The position numbers and the translations under genes were made by a program. 64,000 bases of DNA, from positions 10,788,001 to 10,852,000 of the forward strand of contig CP075497.1 in assembly GCA_021613535.1 (NCBI GenBank), in the 5' to 3' direction. Source of the DNA: Adineta vaga. Taxonomy: Eukaryota > Animalia > Rotifera. The notes below the pieces were generated by a model. That model was not told the DNA's origin, did not search any database, and worked only from the letters and a program-made list of their open reading frames with translations. Positions 26,644 through 40,394 of the stretch are shown here, in pieces. Every line of letters begins with the position of its first letter. The first letter of the stretch is position 1.

Positions 26644-29600
26644 ATGGCTCAAGCATCGTCGTTCAAATCATCTATACGCTATCAAGTGTGCAATTCAACT
26701 ACTGACAATGATAATATACATGTTACAACAACAACAAAACCATTTGAACAAGATCATTCAGCAACAAATGCTGACGATTTACGTGAAATTACCATATCAT
26801 CAACAACAGACAAAAAACTGTCTTTATCATCATCATCTTCACCAAATCATCATCAACATTCATCAATACAAACACATTTTATTCCTTTAATATCAAATCA
26901 TTCACAAAAAACTTCTCCAATTGACTCAAATCTTATCAAAATACAAAGTCAATCATCATCTTCATCTTCTTCTTCTCCTTCACTACCACCACCACCACCA
27001 CTGCCACTATCAAAATATCCACTTGATAGTGTATCATCCATTCATTCCTTTTCAAAACAAACAAATCCAGTATCGCATCATTCTTCAATTCGTGATAATG
27101 TTAATTCATCGAATACACAACAATCTATAAATGATATACTTGCAACTAAATTACCAACTTCTCTAGAAAGTTCAACGCCAATTTTAACAACAACTCAACA
27201 ACGTATATCAACAGAAAATGCTAATCTATTTACATCCTATCAAGGAGATTATATTCGTCAGTCTCGTCAATTACGTAAAGCACGTCGACAAGATATAAAA
27301 GCTCGTTTTGAAAAATTTGATTTTAATTCTTCAACTAATCGACGTGCACATACAACACGTCGTTTTACATTTATTTTTGATCCAAGTGGTCGTTTAACAT
27401 ACTGGTGGACATCAATAATAAGTCTCGCATTTCTTTACAATTTCTGGATAATTATTTTTCGTTTTTCATTTCATGAATTAACATCAGAAAATTTATTAAT
27501 TTGGTTTATCTTTGATTATTCATGTGATTTTCTTTATTTAATGGATATTATGTTTAATTTTCGTACAGCCTATCTCGAAGAAGGAGTTTTACAAACCGAT
27601 CCAATTAAGTTACGTCATTATTATATGAATACAACACGATTTTATATTGATTGTCTTTGTTTAATGCCATTAGATTTTCTTTATTTATCAATTGGTTTCA
27701 AATCCATTGTACGATGTTTTCGTTTAGTTAAAATTTATCGTTTTTGGACATTTCTTGATCGTACGGAACGACATACAAATTATCCGAATTTATTTCGTGC
27801 CATTGTTATGATTCATTATTTACTTGCAATCTTCCATTGGAATGCATGTTTAATATATATTCTACATACACGATCAGAATTAGGGTTTACAAAACGTTTT
27901 TCATTTACATTTAATGATAGTGGTTTAGATTATTTTAAAGCTTTGTAAGTTAATAAACATTTTAAACGAGAGAGAGAAAGAAATTGTATTTTTATTTTCT
28001 ATGAAAAGATATTGGTCAGTATCAGCATTAACATTAACACAAAATCATGAAACGAAACCAACATCGAAAGAAGATTATATATTCTTAAGTATAGAATTAG
28101 TATTTGCTCTATTATTATTCGCAACAATTATGGGACATGTTGCATCAATTGTTTCGAATTTAAGTAATGCAAGAAAAGATTTTCAAGGTAAATACTGAAG
28201 ATTTTTTATAAATATTTTGTATGATTTCTTTCTTTGATTTTAAGCCAAATTAGATGCAGTTAAAACTTACATGTCATTGCGACGTGTACCGAACAGTTTA
28301 GAAGATCGAGTTATTCGATGGTATGTTTCTTGTTTCTTAGACCAAATATCTGGATAAAAGATTAAGAAGATTATTATTTTATTCGATCCAATGCATAGAA
28401 GAGAAGTTCAACAGAGCATAAAGAATCGTGGAAATATTTAATGAGAAAGATCCGGATGAATATACGCTTGAAAAGATTTGCTTATCTTATTGAAAATATT
28501 GAAATTTTATTTTTAGGTTTGATTATTTATGGATGAGTCATAAATCTGTCGATGATAATCAAGTTCTTTCATTATTGCCATATAAACTTCGTGCTGAAAT
28601 AGCCATACATGTTCATTTAGATACATTAAAACGAGTAAATATCATGTTGAATAAGAGATGAGTAAAGTTGATTTTGTTTTAGGTGGAAATTTTTCAAAAT
28701 ACAGAAGCAGGATTTTTAAATGAATTGGTTTTACGTTTAAAACCAGTACTTTTCTCACCGGGTGATTTTATTTGTCGCAAAGGTGAAGTCGGAAGAGAAA
28801 TGTATATCGTCAATCGAGGAAAATTACATGTAATGGCAGATAATAATAAAACAGTTCTGGCAACATTGAAAGCTGGTAGGAAGAATTTTTGTGAATTGAA
28901 AGGTATGATATGTTCTGTTCTGTTTTGTTTTAGGTTCATATTTTGGAGAAATTAGTATTTTAAATATGGGAAGTGGAAATCGTAGAACAGCATCAGTACG
29001 ATCAGTTGGATATTCAGATTTATTTTGTCTTTCGAAAGAAGATCTTTGGGAAGTATTGAAAGAATATCCAGCAGTTCGAGTTAAATTAGAAGCAATAGCG
29101 GTGAAACGTTTAGAAAAACATAAGAAACCATTGATTCAACAAGGTAAATAGTTACTAATATGAATGACTTGTTTTCAATTGAATTTAATATTTTAGTTAA
29201 TCTAAAACGAAGTAAAAGTGCACCGGGTCTTGTCGAAGCAAGTTGTCGTCTTCCATTTCATGCTCCTATCCGTCGAATAGGCAGTGGTATTCGTCATTTA
29301 TCAACCATTGAAGAAACCGATATACCTCTGAGTACACCTACAACACTTCCAATCTATTCATCCTTTGGTCCCGAACAACAACAACAACAGCAACAACTTT
29401 CGTTTTCATCAAATTCTTTATTAGTTGCAGCTCCACTTGCATCATCAGTTAGTGTTACATCTTCATTAAATTCCACTCGACAACCAATAATTAATCATTC
29501 TGTATCTTGGTCAACAACAACAGATACAAAAACACAATTTGATACGTCTCGTGTTGGTCGAACAGTTTCTTTGATTCATAGTGATACACGAAATCGAAAG

Positions 29601-29759
29601 AATTCAATCATTTCCAATGAAATTGATTATTTACGTAAACATTTATGTGAACTTGAAAAACAAGATTTATCAACGAATTCTATATACAAAGACGAATATT
29701 TTGAAACAAAAGCTCGTTTAAAAAGTCTTGAAGAAAAACAATTTATCGGTGGTAGATAA
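26644..29759 (+). CDS. Cyclic nucleotide-gated channel alpha-type subunit (invertebrate CNGA-like)
   Basis: [30 protein letters not shown]6 [15 protein letters not shown]-linker [69 protein letters not shown]. The start codon is uncertain. Confidence 0.9.
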
Positions 29760-29997
29760 CAACCGGTGTAGAACACAATAGAAAACCAAATTCGAAATGA
29801 TAAATGAAATGATTCTCCTCTTATCTGTATATAGAATTTTTTTCCTATATTTTCTTTGAATTTTCTGATAATTATCTTTAATATATATATATATATGTTG
29901 TTGTTTTTTGACTGTATGTATGCGGAAAAAGAGCGATAGTGATCAGATCGCCTAGACGCATGAATTTAGTTTTATTTGAAAGAAAAACACGAATGAA

Positions 29998-30854
29998 TTA
30001 ATTAACAAAATGATTATTTAGCGAACAACAATGACAATGCGAAGAGTTTATTCGATTTGAAGAGCGAGAAGATGCTAATGCAACCTAAACAAAAAATAAA
30101 GAAAGATTTCTTCGAAAAATAAAAGAAAAGATTTCTTCGTACAGTTATTTTTCTTCCATCAGCAATTGAACCATTTTTAACACGGATAGCATTGATTCCA
30201 TCATCTAGAATTCAAGAGAAAAGAAGATAAAATTAACATTTGTTGATGAAATGATTTATTTATATCTTCATTTCTTACTATGACGAAGAAATGTAATAAA
30301 ACCAAATCCCTAAAGAAAAGAATTCATTAAAATTCGATTTCCTTTCTTTTTCTGTATGTCAAATATTAATTATACCTTAGAGCCACGTTCATTTGAGACT
30401 ATTTCAGGATCTTTGATTGGTCCAAAAACCTTAAAAAACAAATCTATATGAAATTCATTATCAATTAGAAAATATATTCTTACGAGAAATTGTTTGCATA
30501 GATCATCAACTGTCCAGAGAAATGGAATATTACCAACATGAATACGTAATGGAGAATCTTCTTCAAGAAATCGATGCTAAATCAAAAGACAAAATTCTTT
30601 GGTTTAATAATGGAAAAACAAAAGAAAAATTTACTTGATCATACGATGGCATTGATAAATGCCGATTAATAGTCGAAAATGATGTTGAATGAGAACGAAC
30701 AATTCGATTTGGATCATATTCATACGAAGAACATTTCGAGGATGAAGCACACTAAAAGAGAAATATGTTCAGATTGATAGATAAACAACTTTCTACGAAC
30801 TAGATGATTTGGTATCATCGATAGATGTTGATTTATCGTTGGTTTTGAATGCAT
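29998..30854 (-). CDS. Small RBFOX/Fox-1-like single-RRM protein (6 short exons; not in the ORF track)
   Basis: Manual splicing on the minus strand gives LRIHVGNIPFLWTVDDLCKQFL|VFGPIKDPEIVSNERGSK|GFGFITF..|..ADGRKIT|V, matching the Fox RRM 'RLHVSNIPFRF..VEIIFNERGSKGFGFVTF..VEGRKIEV'. Confidence 0.75.
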
Positions 30855-31324
30855 ACATAAAAGCTGATCATTCAATTGTTGCATTGAAATAAACTATTTG
30901 AAAGTTGATAATAAATTGACAAAAACTAGAGATCTATACAAACCTGATTACAACATGGAATAGATAAATGTTGATCCATCGGAAAAGAACTAACACAGAT
31001 AAAAATGTCTTCTATTGTTTTGTTTTTCTAACGAATTGATTCTCAAATGGTATCTATTATTTGAGCATAGATAGATTTAAATAGAAGAAAAGAAAACACG
31101 TGTTTAACATATCACATGTTGTTCAATTTTTGAAAAAGGACGAACATGTGTTAACGAACAGAAAATTCAAATTCGAAATGCATACATGTTTTACTTTTCT
31201 CATGAAGAGTTGTTTTATGAATTAGCATAGTGATGAATATCAAGGCTTATAATAATATATATATTAAATGTACATGTGTAAATCGAAGAAGAAGAAGAAA
31301 AACAAACAGTTCAAAAACGAAATT

Positions 31325-33416
31325 TTAACGACGTCGACCACCTTTGAATGTTGTTCTAGGAATTGGTTTTTGTGTTTGTAAACATTCTCGAATCAAACGA
31401 AGTGCTTGATTTATTTGACTTTTAGTTCCTTTGATTACTGATGGTTCATTATCATCATTTGTTAAATGAATTTTTGCACCTGTTTGTTCGCGAATTTGTG
31501 TGATATGTTGACCTGAATATATAAAAGATTGATTTAGGAAAGTTCATTTTTAAGAAAACTATATTTACCAAATGGACCAATCAACAATCCTACTTGTCTT
31601 CCTTTGACTGAATTCAATTTTTTAACAAATATTCGTTTATCTTCGGATAATTTTGATTGTTTAGATTCATCATCATCATTCTCATCAGATTCTGGATCTG
31701 TATCATCATAATTCAATGGAGCATCTTCAGAATTATGTCGATGTTTTGTTAATAATGATGAAGATGAATATGTTGAAACAGTTGATCGATATTTTGATTC
31801 AGTTAAATCTTCATTTGAAGCAGCATTATTATTATGATTATTTTGATTCAATAAAGTCATTTCACATATATCATTCAATTTATAACCTCCATAATCATGA
31901 GCAGATGATTCATCATAATTTTCTGATGGATCATACATAATATACGATTGATTTTTATCTTCACTATTAAAATGATTTTGTTCAAGAACATTTTGAATAA
32001 TTTCACGAAGACAACTTAAATAAATGAAATCAGATCGATGTATATTCTCAAATATTATCTATTAACAATATAACTTACTAGATAATATATTCCGTATGTT
32101 GACTTCGTAAAAGAACAATACGTTCATCACTTTGTGGACATGTTTGAGGAAAAACTTTGATCATATCCAATTGATATTTTTCTTTTAAACGATCTAAGCG
32201 TTCATTACGTTTACCTGTGATGATTGGAATAAATGTTTTCGAATATAATAATCGAAGTTCATATTGTTTTGGTGAACATTGAAATGCAGTCATTAAATCA
32301 CTTAAGACCTCAATAGAGATCTCAAGATCGTTTCCATCGATTATTGTTAATATAGATTCAATCGATGATTCACATGAAAGTTCTAACATAGAATTGAAAT
32401 GTTCAATATATAAATTTTCAATTAATTCTTCTCGAACATTATTTGGTATTAATAAACGAAATGGAAGATGATGAGATAGACTATTCAAACCTAGTCGTGT
32501 AGCATCGGTCCAAACCGGTGGTGTAGGTTTCGATTCAACTGAATCAAATGGAACAGTAGTTTGATCTGATACGAAAAGTATTTAACAATGAGATTTTAAT
32601 GAAATTCTTCTCAATTACCGTTGTCGGATATTGTTGTTGATGATTGTAATGTTATTGTGGGTGGTGGTGGTGGCGGTGGTGAAGGTGGTGGTTGAGGTAA
32701 TGGGCGATGTTTACTAAAATCAGTCATTTTATGTAATTGTAAATCTCCATTGATTTGAATATTCGAAGAATCTAATTGTAAATCATATCGTTTCATATAT
32801 TCGAGTTCTTCCTAAAAATGAAAAGATTTTAATTTACAAGAGAAACAATAACATCGAATATTACATTGACTCCTTCAAGATGCACTTCCATTTCATCAAG
32901 TTCGTCTGAATTGATTGATCGAGGATTAGTTTTCATTATTAATAATTGTTTAATTAATTTTTCTTCAAGTAAATTTTTCATGATATTTTGAAGTGTTATT
33001 AATTCATCATGTGATTGAGCATTTTCTTCTAACATTCGAGTTTTCATTGAAAGAATACGATTATACATGAGATTCTTCCATTCATCTAATTGTTGATGAA
33101 TAGTTGTACTCATTTGATCAAGATCAATGGTTTTCAATGCTTGTTTTTGTATTTGAATATGTTTATGCATCTGTGAAGATGATATTTCGGTTGATGTTGA
33201 AGGTAGATTAACTGATGTTGTTCGGTGAAAATTAGTATTTGTATTTGTTGATGAAACATTTGGCGTTGTCGGTGCTGGACGTACAGGTTCTAGCGTTGTT
33301 TTATCTTCAATAATGGAGATTTTCTTCGATGATTGATTTGCTTGAGTTCGTGATCCATAGAGAGATTTATTATTATTGAAAAGAAGTGATGGATTCGTTC
33401 CATTATTGTTTGACAT
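31325..33416 (-). CDS. KH-domain RNA-binding protein (hnRNP K-like KH domains) with N-terminal predicted coiled coil
   Basis: ELRLLY..IITGKRNERLDRLKEKY..IKVFPQTCPQSDERIV (hnRNP K KH2-like) and QVGLLIGPFG|QHITQIREQTGAKI..VIKGTKSQINQALRLI (KH3-like). Confidence 0.75.
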
Positions 33417-35388
33417 GATGAAAAATCGAAAATAGAAACGAAAAATAGACTTTTTTTTGGTTTAGCCGTTTTTTACACGTTTCTTATTGATTCTCGTTTA
33501 AATACCAATGGTGAAATTTTTACGTCATTCTTATCGATTACCGGTGACGTCCATCGGAATTGTGTAAGAAAGTAACAGCAAAAATGACTTCTTACATATT
33601 CATTTTCTTTGTTGTGAACTTTAATTGTGTTGTTCTTTATTTGTTCCTCATTAATTTTATCTAATTCTCTTAGTAAAACAGGCCGTATGTAGCAATCGCA
33701 ACTCTCTCTATTGTTTTCTATTTTCGATAAATGTTGAAGATTTATTATTCGGATGTTTTCATGAAATAATGTGATTTAGATGAAACAATTTCATCTCATC
33801 AATATGCTTTTTTAGTTAGATGAGAATGATTCATTTCAATCTATAAATCGATATTGTTAATACTAAATAAACTATTATGTACTGCTGTGTGTATAGTCTG
33901 TCATTTTAATACTTGTTTTTTTTGGATGATTTGCACTGAACTATATTCTACTCATTTTTCATTCCCATGTTGTATGAAACATGAAATGTCATTGTTATCA
34001 TTGTTTATGCAGTAAATATGATACACAAATCGTATCATATTATAAATCTTCAATTACTTGAAAAATTTACGCCATTTCTAATGTATAGATATTCTCCAAT
34101 TTGGAAAAAAAGGCTTGATTAATGTTTAATATAATGAAATAGAAAAGAAGAAAAGGTCAAAATAAGTCTACGCAGCAAGTCATCGTAGGCGATATGACTA
34201 ATACTCTGGTAGTATGACATGAAATGGAAAGAAAAGATATTTTTGTAGTGGATACTCTTTGTCAAAACACATCTCTTCATTATTATAAATATTTTCTTAG
34301 TTAGAAGATAATGTGCAATTCCATAGTCTTTCCATTTGTCATGTTTTCCTAAATAATACATAAAATATATTTTTTCTCCAACAATCGTCATTACTTATTT
34401 GAGTAAAACCATTTTTTATCAGTTTGTGAATACTCACTAAGATAATTGTTTGCATGATATCTACAAATTTATCTAGATTTGTCAGAAAGATCTGATAAGA
34501 TGATAGATAATTATTTATTCAAAATGTAGATCCTCATACTTCAACATTTATATTCTCAATTGAAATCTTTTCATGATAAAATCTCGGCAACAAAGAAGAA
34601 AAGTTTCATGAAAGAAACTATCTTATAATCTATTTATGATCTATCGTATCTCATTACTTTGAAAACATTTCCGTTAGTTGCTTGTCTTTTATTATTAAGA
34701 AAGAATGTATTGAAAGTGTTCTTTTATATTTAATTGCAAAGAGAAGAATTCTTTTATTTGATATTCTCGAGAAATTTTATCTTTACTATAAGCTTTGCAG
34801 AGATAGTAGATCTTTCTAATTATCTCAATAAGATTTTCATAAGAAAATTTCTTTTTTCTTCAGATTATTCTATCAGTTATTTCATAAATATACTTTTGAA
34901 TCTTATTTATCTGATGAATGCATTTCATATTATCTTCTTTGAAGTGAAAATCCTGACTGCATAGGAAATTAGTTCGATAGTCATTCTTTGATCTCAGATT
35001 AGTTTCAACAAAAATCAATTGAGACTGGAGCACTTCTGTTTCTTTTCTTCGCGAGAAGAATCTATCTATATATTTGATTATTTATTCTTTTTTGACGATG
35101 AACTGAAACATTTTCATCTACGTCAGTTGAATAATTATTTCTTATATAGGTTTTTTCATGCTTAAATACATTTTCCATTGTTAAAACATCTTTTTATTCT
35201 CAAAAAATATGCTTCTATGGAAAAAAAAGAAGGAAGTCTATTTTCTCATGTATCTTTGTTCAATATAGATCTCTAGAGTTCGAATAAGTAAAAAGAGAGT
35301 GAGAGAGAGAGAGAAAGAGAAAAGGAAAAGTGTGTTCTTTTCTTCATTCATTTTTTTATCAATATACGTTTGTAAACAGGTATATATC

Positions 35389-36319
35389 ATGGCCTATGCT
35401 GATAGAGATGATGAACAATTATTAACAATAAAAGATCATATTAATCATTTGAGAAAATGGGTACAAGAACAACAGCCAATTTTAAATTCGTTAGATACAG
35501 ATGAATTTCTATTAAGATTTTTACGTGTAACGGATTTTCGTATGTTAAAAGCAAAAGAATGGTTAGTTCATTTTTGGCAATATCGAATAGAAAATTTTCA
35601 ATGGTAAGTTTTCTTTCTATTTTATTCTCAATTCATATGTTTTTCATAGGTTTACAAATCGAAATTTAATAAAAAATCCATTGATGTGTGAGATTGGTGA
35701 ATTAGCTTATTGTCTTCAATTACCAAAAGAAACTAAAGATAAACATTTAATTGTTCTTCTTCGTTTGGGACAATATGATCTAACAAAATATACTTTCGAT
35801 GATATAACTCGTTATACATTTGCTGTCGTTGATATTCTCAATAGTCAACCTGCTGCTCAATTATATGGATTTATCATTCTTTTAGATTTTACAAATATTC
35901 GTTTACAACATATAAGTCAATTTACTCGCGATCGTATTCGACGCTATATTGATTGTTGGGAGAGAATGTACCCAATACATTTACGTCAAATACATTTATA
36001 TAATTATCCCACTTGTTTCAGTGCATTGTTTTATTTATTTCGAATGTTTTATCGTCGAAAATTTCATGAACAAATTTATTTTCATTCGCGATCATCAGAT
36101 GATTCAATGAGAAAATCTTTACATATGTATATTGATCCAACTTTATTACCATGTGAATATGGCGGTCAATTAGGTTCAATTGAAACCGATTTAAATAAAG
36201 CATTTGTACAATGGACTCAAGAACATAATGATTCAATGATACAATTGGAAGAATATAGTGTAGATTTGAAACATGTTTCTCAATTGTTAACAAATATTCA
36301 AAAAGAATATGACAGATAA
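35389..36319 (+). CDS. CRAL-TRIO (Sec14) lipid-binding protein, clavesin/alpha-TTP-like; 2 exons
   Basis: DEFLLRFLRV (CRAL_TRIO_N), AQLYGFIILLDF, YPIHLRQIHLYN, SLHMYIDPTLLPCEYGG. Confidence 0.88.
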
Positions 36320-37673
36320 TTGTTTAGATTATTTCGCGAACGTTTGTCGTTGTGAGAATGTTGTTTTGATTTAAAAATCAAAGAATAAAGAAATATATGT
36401 GTGAAGTTAATTAAAATTACAAATAGACGAAAGGCTTGTATGTGATCGAAGGTATTACTTTGAAATTTGTTGTGAAAATGAAACATAGTCAATAGAAAAT
36501 ACCGAGAATGATTTTATTTGCTTTTAATTTCTTTGAGAATTTTAATGAAATCAATACTTGAAAATGTTCTCTTAGAAGTGCCGGAAAACTAAACAACCGA
36601 GACATCTGACGAGAGGGAAAATGTACTTTGATCATTTATTTTTTATGCAAATCTTTCTGTCTAAACAAGAATCATTTATTCATACACGAGATTCTGTCTT
36701 GAATAAGTTTCATCTTACAAAAATATGATAATTTAACTGTAATATTTATAGATTAGTTCTATATTAACCGTCTTCCTTTCTTTGCATCAAATAAGAATCT
36801 ACTGTCCTGATTGAAAATGATCAGTAAGACCTTGTATTTCTCGTTTGTTTTCTTCTTATAAATGAGTATTATATTAATGAAGTGTTGAAGCAACAACTGT
36901 TACATAGATGACTTGTTTTCACTCAAATTGAAAGTTGATTGATAGAAAGAAAAAGAACGCGAAGTTTTTCTTTTCTATTTGAAAAAAAAGAAGTGTCTTT
37001 TATAATTAAACTAAAAGTTTTTCTTTTTCTAATGTTCTACTTTTTTTTAAGAAGGCATTGTCGAAAGAACAATAAATATATATTTCAAGAATCACTTGAA
37101 TTATTCACAGAGTGGGAAAATGATAGTATGTGAGAATCTATTTGAATTCTAAATCTATCTTATCTTTTTATCTATTGACCAAGTCAATGAGAAGAGAAGA
37201 CACCATCTGATATAGATGGCGTTATTTAAAAATGGCATGAAAAAGATTCATTAAATTTGAAGTTAATCATGATATTATGAATAAATTCGAATATATCAAT
37301 CAATTAAATAAGTTAATTAAATGCTACATATTCAATCATTTCTGTATCCACACGTTGATATCTGATAGGTTTAAAGGAATTCAATTCATCCAATCATTCG
37401 AACACAACCCATATCCCGCTGTTTGCCCATTGATTCGTCTTTTCGTCTCTCGTACATTCAATATATTAGTAAGAAGGAAAGAGAATGAAGAAGGCCATCT
37501 CATAGTTTTATTTTTACTTGGTCGTATTTATTTGAGTTCATACCCATCGATATATATATATAGACTTATGATAGTGTGTGTCCGAACAAGAGAACTCGCC
37601 TTTTTCTTCTTCTTCTTCTTCTTCTTCTAACTGACCGCTGACCGATTCATTCTATTTTAGCATTATCTCTAAC

Positions 37674-39194
37674 ATGATTCGGTCAAGCTGTTTATTGTTA
37701 CTAGTTGTCGTTGTTGCAACTGTCTATTCGAAAGATTATTTCGTCGAAAAATTCGAAGGTAAAGATATTTTCGAATATTTAGAGAGAACTATTTTGTATT
37801 TTAGACGAAAGTTATAAAAGTCGATGGGTTCAATCAACGGCAAAATCGGATTTAGGTGAATTTAAATTAAGTCATGGTAAATTCTATGGTGATGCTAAAA
37901 AAGATCTTGGTAAGTCGATTTTTCTTCTTTCAAACCAATAGATAAGCTATACGAAAAATTTTTTCTTATCTAGGTATTCAAACATCTCAAGATGCTCGAT
38001 TCTATGGACTTTCGGCTAAATTTGATGAATTTTCAAATGAAGGCAAAACACTTGTCATTCAATTCACCGTAAAACATGAACAAAAAATTGATTGTGGTGG
38101 TGGTTATGTTAAAGTATATCCAGCAGGTACCGATCAAGTAGGTCTTACCGGTGATTCACCATATCATATTATGTTTGGTAAGAAATACGATCTCAATTGT
38201 TTTTGTTTTGCTAACTTTTATCTTTTTCTCTGATGTTTAGGACCTGATATCTGTGGTTATAGTACTAAAAAAGTTCATGTTATTTTCACCTACAAAGGAA
38301 AAAATCTCTTGGTCAAGAAAGATATCAAATGTAAAGATGATGAACTTACACATCTCTACACTTTGATTCTCAACCCAGACAATACATATGAAGTTCGTGT
38401 TGATAATGAAAAAGTTGAAAGTGGTAAACTCGAAGAAGATTGGGACTTCACTGCTCCAAAACGAATTCCAGATCCAAATGCTAAGAAACCATCCGACTGG
38501 GTTGATGAAGAAAAAATCGATGATCCAACTGATACTAAACCATCTGGTAAGTTTAATAGAGAAAAAACAATTCAAATATAGAAATTCATACTTTTATTTC
38601 TTCTTCTAATTAGATTGGGATAAAGCTGAACATGTTGCCGATCCAGAAGCCAAAAAACCCGAAGATTGGGATGATGAAATCGATGGAACATGGGAACCAC
38701 CAATGATTGATAATCCAGAATACAAAGGTGTTTGGAAAGCTCGTCAAATTGATAATCCAGCCTATAAAGGTCCATGGGTTCATCCTGAAATTGATAATCC
38801 TGAATATGAAGAAGATCCAAATCTTTATTTATATAAAGATCTCGGTGCTATTGGTTTTGATTTATGGCAAGTTAAATCAGGTACTATCTTCGATAATATA
38901 ATTATCACAGATAGCGTTGCACGAGCCGAAGAATTCGGTAATGAAACATGGGGAAAAACCAAAGATCCTGAAAAGAAAATGAAAGATGCACAAGATGAAG
39001 AAGAAAGAAAGAAAGAAGAAGAAGACCGTAAAAAACGAGAAGCTGGTTCGTATTCTCATCTGAATTCTTTGAATAAATCATATTAATTCGTTTTGTTTTC
39101 TTCGATTTATTTAGAAGATTTAAAGAAAAAACCAGCTGATGAAGATTCAGACGCTGAAGATACCAAATCACCACATGCTGATGATGAACTATAA
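37674..39194 (+). CDS. CALR: Calreticulin
   Basis: Signal peptide, IQTSQDARFY, KHEQKIDCGGGYVK, IMFGPDICG, P-domain repeats (DPNAKKPSDW, IDNPEYKG), GFDLWQVKSGTIFDN, acidic tail ending DDEL*. Confidence 0.97.
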
Positions 39195-40394
39195 TAGATT
39201 CTCCTGAAATAAAAAAAGACTTACATCATACATTCCCAGTCAGTTTTAATTGGAAAATAACAACTATATACACATCCTGTGAGGTAGTTTTTTTTTTCGT
39301 CTATTTAAACTTTAGTTCTTTTCGTTAAACTTCTTTTTTGTTTTCGTTTCATTCTATTGTTGTTTGTTTTGACTTTTCCGATTTTCTTTTTTCAACGAAA
39401 ACAAAAACTAAGAGTCTAGGGTGCAAGATTAGGAAAAAAAGAATGTGCAAATGCTATAGATTTATTTCATAATGACGCCTAGTAGAATAAGACAGCTATT
39501 CAGTTTTTTTTGTTACTGTTGCGCCGATATCTACATCAGTTTGTTTCTCTTCTACCCTTCCTTATTTATCTATTTATCTTTCCTGTATTGGCATGTGTTT
39601 TTGCGTGTTCATTTGATTTGACTATAACTTGCACGCTTTTTCTTCTGTCTCCGTTTTTATACGTCGCTGTTTATGCATTAAAAAAAAGAATATTAGAAAA
39701 AAAAACACACACAGATATTTTCATCATTCAACTATGAGAATTGAAATTACATTTATCTATCAAAAGCAATGAGGATTGATTATGTTAAATTCTAATCTGG
39801 ATTAACATTTAAAGCAACGCCATTTTGCACTGCAATACCTTGTTTTTTTGTTATTTGTACGATACATAAGAGTACTTGAAGGTTTTTTTCTGATTAAAAG
39901 CATAAATAAAAGCAAATATAGCTTCATTTTACATGGCAAATAAAGTTTCATATAATTCTTACACAATCATATACATAACACAAGTTTTTCTTCGCAGTCA
40001 AAGAGTTATTAACTCGATTATCACAAAGATTCTACGGCTGTAACAGACTAAGTATGAGATATTAGCATAATTTCATTTGATCAAATCAGATTCTTAAACA
40101 TTTTTGATAGTAATGTTATTTTTTATTTAAATCAATCAATAAAATACGCTTGATTGTATGACAAATTTCGAGAGAAAAAAAACTTTTCTTCTTTTTATTT
40201 TCCAACGATGCCGTTGTTTTAACAGGATAATATTGTTCTGAATTTCCGAGTAATTCGTATGGTTACAAGTGAAAAAAATTGCTTTCTCAGTTTGTTTTTT
40301 GTATAAAAGAAAAACGCACAGCACAAAATTATCAGCGTGAATGAAAGGTATAATAAACAAGATCGAAAATAACTAGAATGAATATGACAATAAA

